Notes: a model not told the origin generated them from the letters alone. DNA of 63,311 nt, filler included, from Reticulomyxa filosa (GCA_000512085.1; 21 parts of 21 records of this genome joined end to end with filler, not necessarily neighbours in it), one strand, 5' to 3'. Shown: positions 11,227 to 25,353, numbered from the whole stretch's first letter. Numbers and translations are program-made.

Positions 11227-12712
11227 NNNNNNNNNNNNNNNNNNNNNNNNNNNNNNNNNNNNNNNNNNNNTTAATTAATTAANNNNNNNNNNNNNNNNNN
11301 NNNNNNNNNNNNNNNNNNNNNNNNNNCTGTTCAAATGAATTTTTAGTATAACGACTGTCTCTTACTAGGTTGCGTTCGCATGAGAAACAAAATTCTAGTA
11401 AATCAAGATTATCTGTTTTAACTCTCAAAGGAGAGATAGTGTAATTGGAAGAATTTTAAGAGATGAAGATCTATACAGAAGTAAAGTGTTTCGCATTATT
11501 GCTTTTTATATCTGATGTATGTATTTGTCAATAAAAATAACTGACTTTACATACCACCTACCGCAGCGCTATTTGCAAAGGTTAAAGATAATTTTGAAGG
11601 AAGGAGAGTAAAAAAAGCTTATTTCTATTCTTTATTTTTTTCCGATTTTTTTTGCTAGCTAATGTAAGTGATTATTTGAAATGATACAGTAAAAAAAAAT
11701 CTCAATAATGCACATGATCAAATTCAATCATAAAATATATCAACTATTTTGTTGCAAAAAAAATGACAAACAAGAATATTCAATAATCAGATTTGATTAT
11801 GGTTTATTTTTTAAAAATTGTGGGTCATTTATTATTATTTTTGAACCTGTTTCCAAAAAATAAGCCAGTTTTAATTTGACAAAGGGGGAACGTGGTTCCA
11901 TTTTTTAAATTTTTTTATTTGTAATTGTCGTAGTTAGTTAAGACTTTGGTTGGCAAGAAGCAAACACTCCATTCTTTGGATATTGACAAAGTTTCCTTGC
12001 TTGGATACAATGGAAATATTGTAAAAATCTTACTTTTACTTCAGGACACAATGAAAAAGAAAAAGAAGTTTATCGAAAACATGACATCGTCCAATATAAG
12101 TCATTATGATACTATTAATGCGCTGCAAAGCGTCAGATCGCCAAATTCTTATCAGAGGTTGTTGGATAGTTAGTGCTCACAGGCTACGACCACAAGACCA
12201 AAATTACTTTCATTTATTGCATTTAATACATGCATTAAAAAACAATTATGTATGCCTGTTCTTGTCTTTGTTTTTTTTAGTGCAAACATAAATTATGTTT
12301 AATTTAAATCAACAACTACCTCTTCGTGCAAACGACAAAAGGTCAAGCTTTCTTGCACACCATTTTCCAGACTGCCGCTTGCACGTCTCAAATACATATT
12401 TCTTTGGGATTGCTTTGTACGGTTTTGCTGTAGTTGGAAACTAGTGAACGCTTATGAATATCTGATTTTCGTAACGTGCAAAAATATGCCTTTATTTTGC
12501 CACGTTGATACTATTGATCCTTTTTTATTTGAAATGTTATTTGAAAATACGCGTTTTGGCGTATTTACATTTATCAACGATGAGGAATGTTCANNNNNNN
12601 NNNNNNNNNNNNNNNNNNNNNNNNNNNNNNNNNNNNNTTAATTAATTAANNNNNNNNNNNNNNNNNNNNNNNNNNNNNNNNNNNNNNNNNNNNTTTTTTT
12701 TTTTTTTAAAAA

Positions 12713-13425
12713 GTGAACATTGACGCACAATTCATACGTGCCGATGTGGAATTGATCCAACAAGAAGAGAAATTGATAGAAATGCAAAACGGCTGCATCT
12801 GCTGCACGTTGAGAGAGGACTTGCTAATCGAAATCAAAAAGCTGGCGTTGGCAAATAAGTTTGATTACTTGGTAATCGAGTCTTCGGGCATTTCTGAGCC
12901 GTTGCAAGTCGCAGAGACATTTACATTTGGCGAATTGAACAAAGACAAAAAGACCAGCGAAAAGGAAGAGAAAAAAGAATCGCACGTGCCATTGTCGAGC
13001 ACAGGGACAGGGAACGCGATGCAAATATTGGATGACATTGCCCGCTTGGACACGCTCGTCACGGTCATTGACGCGAAGAACTTTGAGCACTACATTTCGA
13101 GCGTGCAAAAGCTATCGGAAAAGTATGGCAAGCAAGCCACTTCTACGACGTCTTCCACTTCCAATCCAAGTGACAGCAAACAGAGTGACAATGATACCAC
13201 GAAACAAGTGATCATGACCATCCCGCCCGAAGACGAACGCAATGTGGCCCATTTGCTGATTGATCAAATCGAATTTGCCAATGTGTTGCTTATCAATAAA
13301 GTCGATTTGATTGACAATGCTTCTCAGATTGCCGGCATTGAGCAATTGTGTCAAAAGTAATGTTTTTTTTGAATGTATTAACAAATAATAAATAATAAAT
13401 AATAAATAATAAATAATAAATAATA

Positions 13426-13457
<32 letters not shown>

Positions 13458-14210
13458 TATTAAATAAACAAGATTAAATCCCAAAGCAAAAGTAATAAAA
13501 ACCAGCTATGCCAACGTCTCATTAAATGAAATATTAAATACCAACCTGTTTTCATTTGTGGAGGCATCACAAAATCCAGGATGGCTGAAGGAAATTCGAG
13601 GGGAACATGTGCCCGAGACGCAAGAGTACGGAATCAATTCGTGGGTATATCGCGCTCGAAAGCCTTTCCATCCGATGAAACTATACATGCTGACCACGGG
13701 GAAACAACTGAAAGGGGTCCTCCGTGCCAAAGGCTGGTTTTGGCTGGCGTCCAAACCCGACATTTGCTTTGAATGGAACCAAGCCGGAGATATGATCGAC
13801 TTCGAACATGGTGGAAATTGGTTCGCCTCTTTGCCAGAGTCGGAATGGGGCGTCGACGAGGAAACCAAACTCAAAGCAAAAAAAGATTTCGAAGGAGAAC
13901 ATGGTGATCGACGTCAAGAAATTGTCCTCATTGGTTAATTTCTTTTTTTCATTTCTCCATTTTTATTACTTATTACTTATTACTTATTTTCTTAACAGGT
14001 GGCCAAAACATGGATGTCAAGCAACTCAAAGATACACTCGACTTTTGCTTATTGTCAAACGAGGAAATGAGATTGGGACCCGAAAAATGGAAAGCTGAAC
14101 TGCAAGATCCTTTTGAACTGGACTTTGAAGATGACGACGATGAAGATGTTGAAGATGATGAGGACGATGATGAAAATGAAGATGGGGAAGCTGTTAGTGA
14201 CATTGAGTAA
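12713..14210 (+). CDS. COG0523/CobW-family G3E GTPase metallochaperone (ZNG1/CBWD/YciC-like), 5'-partial
   Basis: EMQNGCICCTLREDL (CxCC motif), IESSGISEP, NKVD, and CobW_C (VLRAKGWFWLA, GDRRQEIVLIG). GT-AG introns 13357-13472 and 13934-13998 join the three ORFs in frame. Acidic C-terminal tail. Confidence 0.93.
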
Positions 14211-14699
14211 TCAAACAAATGACCTATCAAAAAACACTCAGATTTCTTGGGTTTTTTAACATTGTTTTTTTTTTTTTTGAATTAAGCAACTACAAAATCT
14301 TACCATTTCGAAGTGCCTTTGCTTGAAGGTGCAGACATATTCTTCCTCTGTCTTTGTACTTCTTACTATCAAAGGTGCTGCGAAGTTTATTATTGGTTGT
14401 TTTTTTTTTAATATCTTTCCCTTTTTTTTTATTGACTACAGTCCATGCGTTGGTGATTTCCAAGCAATTATGACTATCTATAACTTCTCCAATTCATTTA
14501 ATACCAATCCAAAAAAAAAAAAATACTTGACAAGTTTCAAGCTATATCTCTCTATTTTGTTTTTGGTTTCCTCCAAAATCGATCTGTCATTATTCTTTTT
14601 GTTTTGCTTTTTTGGTCATACTTGGCACTTGAGAAATAGTTTGTGAATGGAGTCCCTGTTTTAGTCAAACCTCTTTGGTCCTTTGGACGTGGTTGAGAA

Positions 14700-15587
14700 A
14701 TGTTTACCATTTTTACAAACGCATTGACTGTCTTGTTTCTAGGTAATCCTCTCACGTTGCTTATCCCCTTTCCTCTCAGTAAACATGTGACGCCTAGACT
14801 TGAAGTAAGTGAGGAAATGAACACAAAAGCAAGAAGTAATCTGACAATTATCCACTTGTCATTACAAATGTCTAATGGTTTGGTTGGATACACGTGCGAA
14901 GAAAATATGGTAAATCGATACTCGGATTGTAATTTATTTATAAACGATCAACTGGCATTTTCGAGTCGGTTTCGTCCAGAAATGTTTTGTGGACACATGT
15001 TTGGAGTTGACCCAATCAAAAACCCTCAATTGAATATGTTGCACCTTGAATTGAAATGTAGACCTCATTACCAAACGCATTACGAGTTAACAAGTGAGCA
15101 CACACTGTCCTTATCTTATCGTCGCCACAGCACTGCACCAATTCCAATCACTATGATCTTTGTCAATACTTTCAACCTGTCTTTATTGACATGTGCTTCA
15201 CATGCTACTGCGGACGACCACTTCCAAGGTACCGTTTTCCAAAATCCTCAGTCGAATGTCTTTGAAGTGAAAAGTGATGACATGTCTATCTTACAGCAAA
15301 ATGCTAACTGTAATACGATTGACGACTGTCACCCTCAAAAAGAGCGTCTCCGGCAAACCACTGTTGGGAATGCGTCCAAGAGCAAAGACTGGATTGCCAA
15401 TATCTGTCTTGCCAACGAAACAAATAAAATTACAGTTTTAACCAAAAAACTTGTCCAAAAAAACATAATTTGCCATCATTCACTGGCAATGTTTCAGGGA
15501 CAATTTTATCTGTTCCGACCAGTGTTTCTTCTAGCAATCCACAAAAAGACCAAAACCTGGATTGTTTTCGCAAAAGTTGGAAAATAA
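14700..15587 (+). CDS. Hypothetical protein
   Basis: 295-codon ORF with non-repetitive composition in AT-rich DNA. No family recognised and the start is uncertain. Confidence 0.45.
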   Translation: MFTIFTNALTVLFLGNPLTLLIPFPLSKHVTPRLEVSEEMNTKARSNLTIIHLSLQMSNGLVGYTCEENMVNRYSDCNLFINDQLAFSSRFRPEMFCGHMFGVDPIKNPQLNMLHLELKCRPHYQTHYELTSEHTLSLSYRRHSTAPIPITMIFVNTFNLSLLTCASHATADDHFQGTVFQNPQSNVFEVKSDDMSILQQNANCNTIDDCHPQKERLRQTTVGNASKSKDWIANICLANETNKITVLTKKLVQKNIICHHSLAMFQGQFYLFRPVFLLAIHKKTKTWIVFAKVGK

Positions 15588-15851
15588 TCACAATCAAGAT
15601 TATTGCAAGAACTGTTTAATATGGAGTGCATTGAATATAATTTCACTTGTAGATGTGCTTTAAGCGCCAATTAGTCCTACATTTTTTTCTTCGTAGAATA
15701 AACGTACGAAAAATTTTCTATTGTTGTTCGCACTGCACAAATAAAAAAAAANNNNNNNNNNNNNNNNNNNNNNNNNNNNNNNNNNNNNNNNNNNNTTAAT
15801 TAATTAANNNNNNNNNNNNNNNNNNNNNNNNNNNNNNNNNNNNNNNNNNNN

Positions 15852-16171
15852 GACGACGATGACGACGATGACGACGATGGATTGGTAAAGGACGAAGGGA
15901 AAACGTGTAGGTTCCTAACAGGGGTTGTTGATGCATACATGTTCCCTGTCGTGGTGTCGAACATGACCGGGTAATATGTCGTACCCGTGCCAACTGTTGG
16001 ATAATATGTTGTCGAGTGTGGTGTCGGTGGAGACGCTGCAGTAGTAGTAGTAGTAGTTGTTGTTGTAATTGTTGTATTTCCCGCTCCTATTCCTGCTCCT
16101 GGTGTTGATGTTGGTGTTGATGCTGCTATTACAGTAGCAGCAGCTGTTGTCGTGGTTGTTGTGGTGGTTGT

Positions 16172-16209
<38 letters not shown>

Positions 16210-17918
16210 GTCCAGTCGTTGACATTGACATTGGCATTGACATTGGCATTGACATTGGAAATTGCATCGATCCCGGTGAGGGTGCTACAGCAGCTGCCAT
16301 TGCTGTGGAAGGCGTTAGCAAGTTGTATCCGGTGGGCTGTGATGCTGCAAACGCAGTTGTACCTGATCTTGGAGTGGTGACAACGGCGTTTGCGATCGCC
16401 GGTGGCGTTGGTGATGTATTCACAGAGAGTCCATTTGTGGTGGCGCGGGCGGCGGTGACGAAAGGATGGAAAAGTTTGGGTTGCTGGCATTGGCTCGTTG
16501 GATAGATTGGCGATGCGAGTAATATTGGCAAGGTCGGACGCTAGTGGCACGTTCGACTCTATTGAGGTCATTGCATTGGACTTGTCATTCGACAAATCAT
16601 ACTCGATGTTCGCGTTGCTTGGATGATGGATGTGAAAAGGGCTCGACTGTGTCAATTGTGGTCCAGAAATTTTTGGAATATTCATGGTCGCCGCCGCCGT
16701 CGTTGTCGTCGTCATCGTCGTCGTCGTCGTCGTCGTCATCGTTTTGTCTATTGAAACTGGTGATACTTGGCAAAGATTATTGTTATCAATATTGATATTT
16801 GTTAGTATTCCATTATTGTCAATATTGTTATTTTCACTCTGGCTATCAACAACACCAGCAATGTCTATGGATTTATTCTCTTGCTTACGTGTCAAGTCGC
16901 CAAGGCAAGTGTCAATTTGGGACTGAGCTGTCGTTGCAGTAGGCATGACATTGGTCGGTGTGGAAGCAGCTGTTGTTGTGATCGTCGTCATGACCATGGT
17001 CGTGTTAGTGGCAATGGCTGTGTCATTGCTGTTCGGCGCCAATGCACTGACCTTTGACCGCTGATGGGAGTGCTTGCTCTTCTTTTGTGGAACAAATCTC
17101 TTCAAATGTGGATATTTCTTGGCTTCATCGTACACTTTGTTTTTTATTATTCGAACAATTTCGTGGGCTCGCAACGGGTCTAATTTTATTTCTTTCACCA
17201 TTTCGTCTACCACATTGCGAATTTTCTCCTTGCTCAAGTTCAAGAAAAACTGCACTTTTTTTGGACTGGGCTCTCCTGGGGGGTTCACTTTCAGTCGAAT
17301 GTCCATCACTTTGCTTGTTTTATTCGCACATGTGGCACTCACGTCATATACATAAGGAAGCTTGCTTTTGTCGGTTATTTTTTCCTCGTGTCCTTCTCTT
17401 TACACATTACATATATGGTGTATACACATATATGTAATGTGTACATGTGCAAATTGATCAAACCCAAAAAAAGAAAATATGCAAAGGCAATCCATATGTC
17501 GGGGTAATGTACACACACATACACACACACACACATCAGTGCAAGACAAATACATATTCAATATACACATTGAACTACATAGACAAAACAGTGATTTGGT
17601 GAATGTACTGGAGGTATCAGTGGAAACAATGAGAACCGTTTCTTGTTCGGGTATGTCATGCAATTTGGTATGATGATGGTGTTTGGGCGCACGTTGAGGC
17701 TGCAAGAAGCGGCTGACAGGATATAGATCCATAACACCTGTGGCATCTTGGATGAAAGGATGGGTCAACAATTCCGCGGCGCTGGGACGTTTGATGGGGT
17801 CAAATTCGGTGCACAACTCAATGAACGCGCGAATGGAACGAGAGCAAATTGTATTTAAAACGTCAGGAGGTTTTTTTTGAATCACTTTTTGAAATACATG
17901 ATAAGGAAAGGCACATTC
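15852..17918 (-). CDS. WNK-like Ser/Thr kinase, C-terminal portion (partial at both ends)
   Basis: Kinase subdomains X-XI (ECAFPYHVFQKVIQKKPP...FIELC...RPSAAELLTHPFI), then a CCT/PF2-like segment (DIRLKV...VQFFLNLSKEKIRNVVDEMVKE) and a T/A/P-rich tail. Frame change near 16530. Confidence 0.72.
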
Positions 17919-18098
17919 CTAAAAATATAAGTAGAGTGTCATTGACATATATATATATACAAATACATAATATAAATATATACATATATATATANNNNNN
18001 NNNNNNNNNNNNNNNNNNNNNNNNNNNNNNNNNNNNNNTTAATTAATTAANNNNNNNNNNNNNNNNNNNNNNNNNNNNNNNNNNNNNNNNNNNNAATA

Positions 18099-19190
18099 AT
18101 GATATATAGACATCCCTGGGCAGATAAACAGCTGGGATGGTACAATCACTTTTGCGTAGGCGCATATTGGTTTGGATGGGCATTTCTGTGGATGCCATTG
18201 ATGATAGTGATAATCCCAAGCCAAGTGGAAGCAATAGTGGGCGTGGAAATGAAAGGCACGTCTATGGGCAGGGTGTTTTTGTCAGGCAGTCTGTCTTCGG
18301 TGATCTTATCTCCATTGTTTGGACATATGAGTGACTGTTCACACAACCAAATGGGCCGTCGACGTCCCTTCTTGGTTGTGGGCATCATTACAACCACAGT
18401 TGGACTGCTGATCATGGGACTGTCCCCACCCTATCAACTGTATTGTCTGGCGTTTTTCATTGCCAGCGCGGGCAATTTCATCACCTTGGCCCCTTATAGC
18501 GCACTTGTCCCCGACGTCATCCCAAGCGATCAAAGGGGCATTTGCAGTGGCTGGCTTGGCGCTTGTTCCATGTTTGGCTATCTCTTGGGTGGCTTCTTAT
18601 CCTATCATCTCAGCAATTTGGGCTATTTCTTAACCTACGTCTTCTTGGCCGTCATCCACGGTTTCTTTGGCTGGATCACCATTCGCTTCGTCCCGGAGAT
18701 TCCCAACTGCTATTTCGATCTTGACGATTCCGTCTCTTATTACGACCTGCGTTATCGTCATTCTTCGAAACGTCGTCCATCCCAATCCAAATCTAAATCA
18801 CAATCACAATCACAATCCCAATCACAACCACAATCACAATCACAATCACAATCCCAATCACAACCACAATCACAATCACAATCACAATCTATTCTTAAAA
18901 ATATTGACTCGAAAAATTTTAAATATTTGTCTCAGCGCGTACGAACGACTGTCGGCTCGTCCACTGGTCAAGAGTATCCGAGTGCCAGAGATATGCCCGC
19001 TCTGACTCGGCGTTCCTCTGCTACTACTTATAGTCTGTGGCACAGAGTCACATCTATCTTTTGGTGGTGGAATATCCATGCCAAATCCAATTCCCCAAAG
19101 TTCTCTCCCTTGCCATCATCCAAGGCAATGGTTCCTTTGGAAAGACTTACACCTACCAATAGCAATAATAATAATATTATTAATAATAGC

Positions 19191-19221
<31 letters not shown>

Positions 19222-20438
19222 TTAATAATAATAGCAGTAATAACAATTACAAACACGAATCGAATAGCGACAGCACTGATAACACGAATGATAATAAAGA
19301 CAGCAAACGACACTTGAACGTAAGTTCTGTCAAAAATATCAATAACATCAATAACATTAATAATATCAACAACAACAACAAGAATAATAACAACAATAGC
19401 CAACATCGAATGAATGAAGAGATAGAACTAATTAACAGAGACAATGAAAATACATCCGACAATGAAAGTAACACAGATTCCGAAGAAATGAACGAATACA
19501 TGGAAGAGGAATACGAACAATTGGATTTGAAACGTCGAGAAAGACTAAAACAAATGAGAGATTCTCATTGGTACAAAGTTTAGTTGTTTTTTTCTTTCCC
19601 TTCTTTTTTTTTTTTTTTTTTTTTTTTAAATTTGAATCCAAAAAGCTTTATGTTTATATGTTTTTCAAAAATAGTTTTGCTTATTCTTTGATTCATTTCC
19701 ATTTTGCAATTCTGACTTTAATTGGCTTTTTATCTCACGGTTTTTCATTCAAATGGGAGCCATCATCGTGCAAGAAAATTTGCAATATTATTTGAAAGAC
19801 ACCATCAGCGACTACACACTACTGGGCTACCCCGTTGCAAAAGACGAAATACAAGCAGTGTCGGTGCTTTTTGCTCCTTTGCTGTTTGGTGCACTTATCA
19901 GGTCCATAAAAATAAATTGTGTACCATAATATCTTTTTCGAAAAAAAAAAGATGAGTAAATTCCAAACAAATTCTGACAAACTTGTTGTTTGTTGTGATA
20001 TAAACATGTGGATCAATTAGTTCAATCGTAAGCGGTATTGTGTCAGATAGCTATGACCAACAAAGAAAATTTTTAGTTTATTTCAGTGGCATTTTGATGT
20101 CGGTCAGTTGTGTTATCTTTGCATTAAACCGTTGGTTTATTGTCGACATTATGATTTCCTTACTCTTTGGTTTTGGTTTTGGCGTCTTCAGTGCCATTGA
20201 TTGGGCCATGGCCACAGATGTACTGCCCTCACCACAGTCCTACGGAAGAGATATGGGCATGTGGAATTTGGCTTTTACATTACCTCAGATTTTAGCTGCT
20301 CCTGTTGTTGGCCATTTGGTTGACACTTTTCGGCAGTGGGAACACATTTCTTTGGGTTGGTTATTTATCTTTTTCTTTTCTGCCATCAATTTCACCATTG
20401 GCACAGCTTTGGTCAAGAAAATTACACATGTCAAATAA
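18099..20438 (+). CDS. MFS transporter (GPH/SLC45-sucrose-transporter-like) with very long central loop
   Basis: Six TM helices with GHMSD...GRRRPF and YSALVPDVIPSDQRG, an SQ- and N-rich loop, and C-terminal exons (19722-19890, 20020-20438) with DWAMATDVLP...GRDMGMWN. Confidence 0.88.
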
Positions 20439-20975
20439 TTTTAAAATTCGTTTTGTGCCTTCCTTTTTGAGTGTTGATAATTTTTTTTTTTTTTTTGCTT
20501 TTTCGTGTCTTCCGTTGTGGCCATCAACTGACTTACTTTTGAATACATCAGTGCTTTGGAAAACCAAAAAAAGCAATGCTTATCAAGTAATAATGTTAAC
20601 TATGCAATTACGTTTTGTGTTGTAGTTTTCCATACTGTCTTTTTCTTTCCGTTTGAACGCAGATTGTGATGGACCACAAAAAAATCTTACTTGAAAAACA
20701 GTATCATCATTTTCAAAACTAATAAATTGGCTGTTAGTCAAATGCATGACAAGGACACAAAATTTTTTAAGATGTTTTGAAGTATCAAAAGGTGTTCGAT
20801 TACATCAGATCTAACGTTAAAAAAGGTAAATGTAAGCTTCTAATTTAGTACATTTCATCACGCATTAACTCGATCAACACTAAAACAAAAACAAACTATT
20901 TTTTGAGCTAGTCCTCTCGGCAGACCAGCTTGATGATACAGTAGCTGTGTGTATCCCTTGCATCGGAAAGAAAAA

Positions 20976-22208
20976 TTAATTTTTTAGAGGAACAGGCATG
21001 CCAACCAAAAATGTCATCGGAAAAAGTGCCTTGGCCAAAAAAGGGAGATGGGCATTTTCTGTCCAAGCCTTCCATTGATAAGAATAAGGAAGCTTTTGCT
21101 TTTTGGAAGCGTCAACTTCGGCTAATTTTGTCAATTCTAACATTTCTGCATGCGTGTAAGTGCGAGCACATGAAACAACACCATCGTGGATGAGGGTTGC
21201 CAACCAAAGTGGCAATCCAACGATGCTCAGGAAAATTTTGGTAAACTTTTCGAAGATGGAATAATCCTTTGTAGTAAAAAAAAAAAAAAACAACAAAATA
21301 ATGGATGATTACACATGTACATATAGTATAAATTTGGTGTTAGTGATTTTTGGAGGCTCTTTTTCTTAGTGTTGGGAAATAAACAAAACTGGTGCAAAAA
21401 GATAATGTCTAATAATCCAAAAAAGATAAAGGGGTGATTGAAGGATCATCATAAAAGGGAATTGAAGGAAGTCCAGAACATGGTCTCTTTTGATAAGAGG
21501 CTCCACTACAATGAGAGCATGTCCATTGACAATGCAATCACTTAACAAGTGGATGACTTGCAAAGGCAAAAAATGGTGAAAACTTGCGTACATGGATCTT
21601 ACCACCACGGAGTCCTTGGAATCCAAGACAGATGCCATATCTATGGATAAAGCATTCATTGATTTTTCCACATACTTTAAATGGTCATTATGTACACACA
21701 AATATTTCCATTGTTTGACTTGGGGATGCAAGTCACTCAAATACGTTTCTACTTCTACCAAATGTTCAGTTCGTAAGAGATGATGAATGAAAGGGGTCGG
21801 ACCACCTCCACCGCTGCACAAGTCAATAAATACAACTTTTTGTGCATTCACATTTTTGTCTACATTCTCGATTGATCCTTTGTCGCTTCGTACTTTTGAT
21901 ACAATCTCACGAATTATTACTTCGCTCACCGTCCGTGCTGCGCTCCCGACTATCCAATCCAAACCAAAAGTTATCCATCCACTATGGAGTGCCATTTGAG
22001 TGCACATTCGTATGAACTCTGGACACCAATCTTTTTCATGAATTTCAACATAATGGATCCTTTTTTTCTTCACAAATACGATCAACCAAAACACGAAAGC
22101 AGTCAAAAATAAGCAACAGAACCACGTCGAAGCACCAAAAAGAGAACCTAAAACAAAAATTTTATCCAACTGCGCACGAGACGAAGGCGTGGTCAAAGCT
22201 TTTTTCAT
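20976..22208 (-). CDS. Putative SAM-dependent methyltransferase-like protein with membrane segments
   Basis: FIDLCSGGGGP motif I, YLSDLHP, ASFHHF, IVVEP, and second-exon HDGVVSCARTYT. Exact 3' end uncertain. Confidence 0.7.
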
Positions 22209-22826
22209 GTCTGGTAATTTTTCTTAGTATTTTTTCTGGTTAGACAAACCCTCTGCAGAAAAATATAATGATTTTTGTCTTTTAAATTTGATCTTTTTTG
22301 AAGAGGGGCATTTTCGATATTTGTGTGCACTGTAACACTCATGGAATTTATAATGGAGAGTTGTTTCTATTTTTAAAAGTGTTCAGTCTCTCTAAATTCC
22401 AACAACCTTATTCAATCCGATTTGCCTTGCTTTCTATCCTTTTCTGTATATTTCAGAACTTGCTCATAACAGCAGCGAAAGGTAAAAGATTTTTTGGTTC
22501 AGCACGAAAAGGAGCATTTCTCAAAATTAGAAACACTTGGTGCTTGTGTTTTCTAAGAAGATTTTAAACAAGGCTGTTTTTATTTGGTTTTTTTTGATGG
22601 TATTATGTCATGTAAGAACTTTGTTTTGTATTGTTGGGGGATAAATGGTTACGTTTTTTTCTTACTCTCCGCTCTTTTGTTCAAAGTTGGAATAAAGCTC
22701 CTTCACCCAACATTACAAAAAAAAAAAAAATCAACTACCAATAAAAACACCTTGCAAACCCGAAACTTAAATCAGTGAAAGAAAAACCCAAACAAAACAA
22801 AAAAAGACAATATCAGTGATGATTGG

Positions 22827-24414
22827 ATGTTTTCAAACATATTGCCAAGCAGCCACAATCCAAACGGGATATTTGCCGAAATTGCGTCTCGGTCAAACAG
22901 TCACATAATCAACAATGACAAACAACCGTACAACTATGAGGCCACGATGGCATTGATAAGCGGAGTAATTAACGGTTACACAAGCGACAAAATGCCAGAA
23001 TTGGGAAGCCGAGGCATGCCAAATTTGCACGCAACAGGAACAGGAGGCATGAACATGGGAATGGGAATGGGCATGGGAATGGGAATAGGAATAGGCACAG
23101 CCACGACGTCGACAGCAACGGCCACCGCAACAGCCACAGCCACGGCTACAGCGACAGCGACAGCGACAGCCACATCGACGGGAATAGGAACAGGAGGAGG
23201 AGGAGGAGGACCAGGAGGAACATTATCATCCACAACCTCATCGTCATTGACCTCTGCATCCTCGTCTTTATCCTCGTCCTCTCCTTATCAATTTCTTCCG
23301 ATGCCTGTGGCGGGTGTTGGAACCGGAACAGGAACAGGAACAGGAACGGGAACAGGGGGAACAGCAACAGAAATCGGGGCGGGAACATCGGCCACCACGG
23401 TATCGTTACGACAGACGCCATATTTTTATCAATTGTATCCTCCCCCTCTCCCTCCGTCTTGCGGCCCGTGCTCATATTTGTGTCAACCCTCGCTCGCACC
23501 CGCACCACCTGCTTTGGTGTCATCGCTGACGGGGGGCATGACCACTATGGATATGAACGCAAAATTCAATCCCATTCCACACGATCATACCACTTCCATT
23601 GCTATGTCCAGAGACATCAAAGCTGAGTTCCCCATGGACAAATTACATTCCAAAGACAGCCATTCTGATGTTCCTTCTCAGTCTCAAAACAATGACGATT
23701 TCAGTCCTATCAAATCTGAAGTATGACGTTTGTGTCTGTATCTGTGTTTTTTTCTTCTTTTGCATTAAATTGTGCCACTTTACTGTTTTTACTTCGTTCT
23801 TTTTTATATGTCTGTCCAATTTTGTGCACGCTTTTGATTTGTGTTTGCTTTGGCTGCTTCACATAACCTGGATATACATATGTATATACACATATGTATA
23901 CATGTATGTATGTACATATAAACGGGGAAAATGCAAATACATTGGTGAACATTGTTGCAATCAAATTCGACGACAACCATTATCGATTGTTATTATTGAA
24001 TAAAAAAAATAAAATAATAAAAAGAAAAAACCAAAAAGAAAAAAAAAAGACGAACTGAAAACAAAAAAAGCACCAAAGCATCAATGCAATATTTGTAATC
24101 AACAATTCCCACGCGCAAAAGAACTGAAAACACATCAAATGGAACTACACAAATCTGAAAGGCCTTATTTTTGTTCCGTTTGTGAAAAAAGATATCATAC
24201 ACAGTCTTCTTTGCAACAACATCAATGTGAACATGAAAAACCACAATTCCAGTGCTCTTTATGCGCTAAATGGTTTCATAAAAAAGACAAGCTCAGTAGA
24301 CACATGGTTACCCACTCGGAAGATCGTCCTTTCAAATGTATGGAATGTGCAAAGTGTTTCAAGAGAAGTGATCATTTGAGTGTTCACCTCAAAAGAGTAC
24401 ACAAGAAGCTCTGA
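22827..24414 (+). CDS. C2H2 zinc-finger transcription factor
   Basis: Low-complexity G/T/A/S/P N-terminal exon, then three C2H2-type fingers with HSEDRPF/HKSERPY linkers (24139..24414). Intermediate exon boundaries are not resolved. Confidence 0.8.
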
Positions 24415-24748
24415 CTTTTTTCCAATGGTTTTTTTTTTTTGCAGTGTACCATTCAAAAAAAAATTTTTTTGGGGTGAAAATTGAACTGAGTTCAATAAAC
24501 AAGGCTGCTTTTTTCCAATTGTTTTCTCTTGTTTTGATTAAAAATGTTGATTGAAAAAAATTCTTGCCGACAAATACGTTGTACATTCATACTATTCAAT
24601 GTGTCAAACCTTTACTTGTTAAATTCAACATTGTGAATCAAAAGGATGGCGTTATATTTTTCTTGAACTGTTGGCACTTTTTTAAACTTTGCACTAGCAA
24701 AGGTTTCACCAGAAAAGCCCCTGTTAAAAAAAAATACGAAATTGAGGA

Positions 24749-25353
24749 ATGCCTCATTCTATAACTGATCCAGAAACTTTTGGTGAGTTTTTATGTGGGG
24801 TTTGGAAACGTAGCTTGGAATTACGCCATCTTGGTCCAAGTTTTGAATTTTTACGAAAAAGTTCTTCGGTCGTAAGAATTGAGAAATATCGAAACTCCAA
24901 AACATCCGACACAGTCTTTTTGCAATGGAGCTTTGGTAATGTCATTTTCATTTATTTTGTCTTCTTATATGTCATCCAAAACAAATGAAATTTACAATTG
25001 GTATTGATAATTCCCAAAAAGGACACTCAGCGAACTCTGAAGCAATGAATTTTGGATACGTGATGAAAATAACATCTGGGGTTGGAAGTAATGATAGTGG
25101 AATTACTCATAAAGAAGGTGTGCTATCATTGCAATGGCAATATAGTGGACAACAATGTTCTGGTTATTTCCACATCAAAACAGGAGTATTAACTTTGAAC
25201 TTTGTATTAAAAAACGCTTCTATTACATCCACATATCGTATCATCGATGACAACACTATGGTTGTTAACACAGTAGAGATTGAAGATGAACATACCCCAA
25301 TTTTGCAATTTGGACAACTCACTCGGGTTAATACTTCGAAAAAACGTGCTTAG
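24749..25353 (+). CDS. Hypothetical beta-strand-rich protein (2 exons)
   Basis: ORF 24749 (FLCGVWKRSLE...FLQWSFG, GT donor ~24936) and ORF 24985..25353 appear to be consecutive exons. No family recognised. Confidence 0.6.

Noticed and set aside
11327-12593. Short ORFs on contig 4 (similar ones at 28600-29940, 35705-37450, 40450-41300, 54600-56400)
   Set aside because: Stop-riddled, AT-rich and with no recognisable family. They are probably decayed genes but cannot be supported as features.
16147-16926. Hydrophobic + strand ORFs (poly-L/V/A) here and opposite other low-complexity genes
   Set aside because: Antisense shadows of trinucleotide repeats in the real opposite-strand genes.
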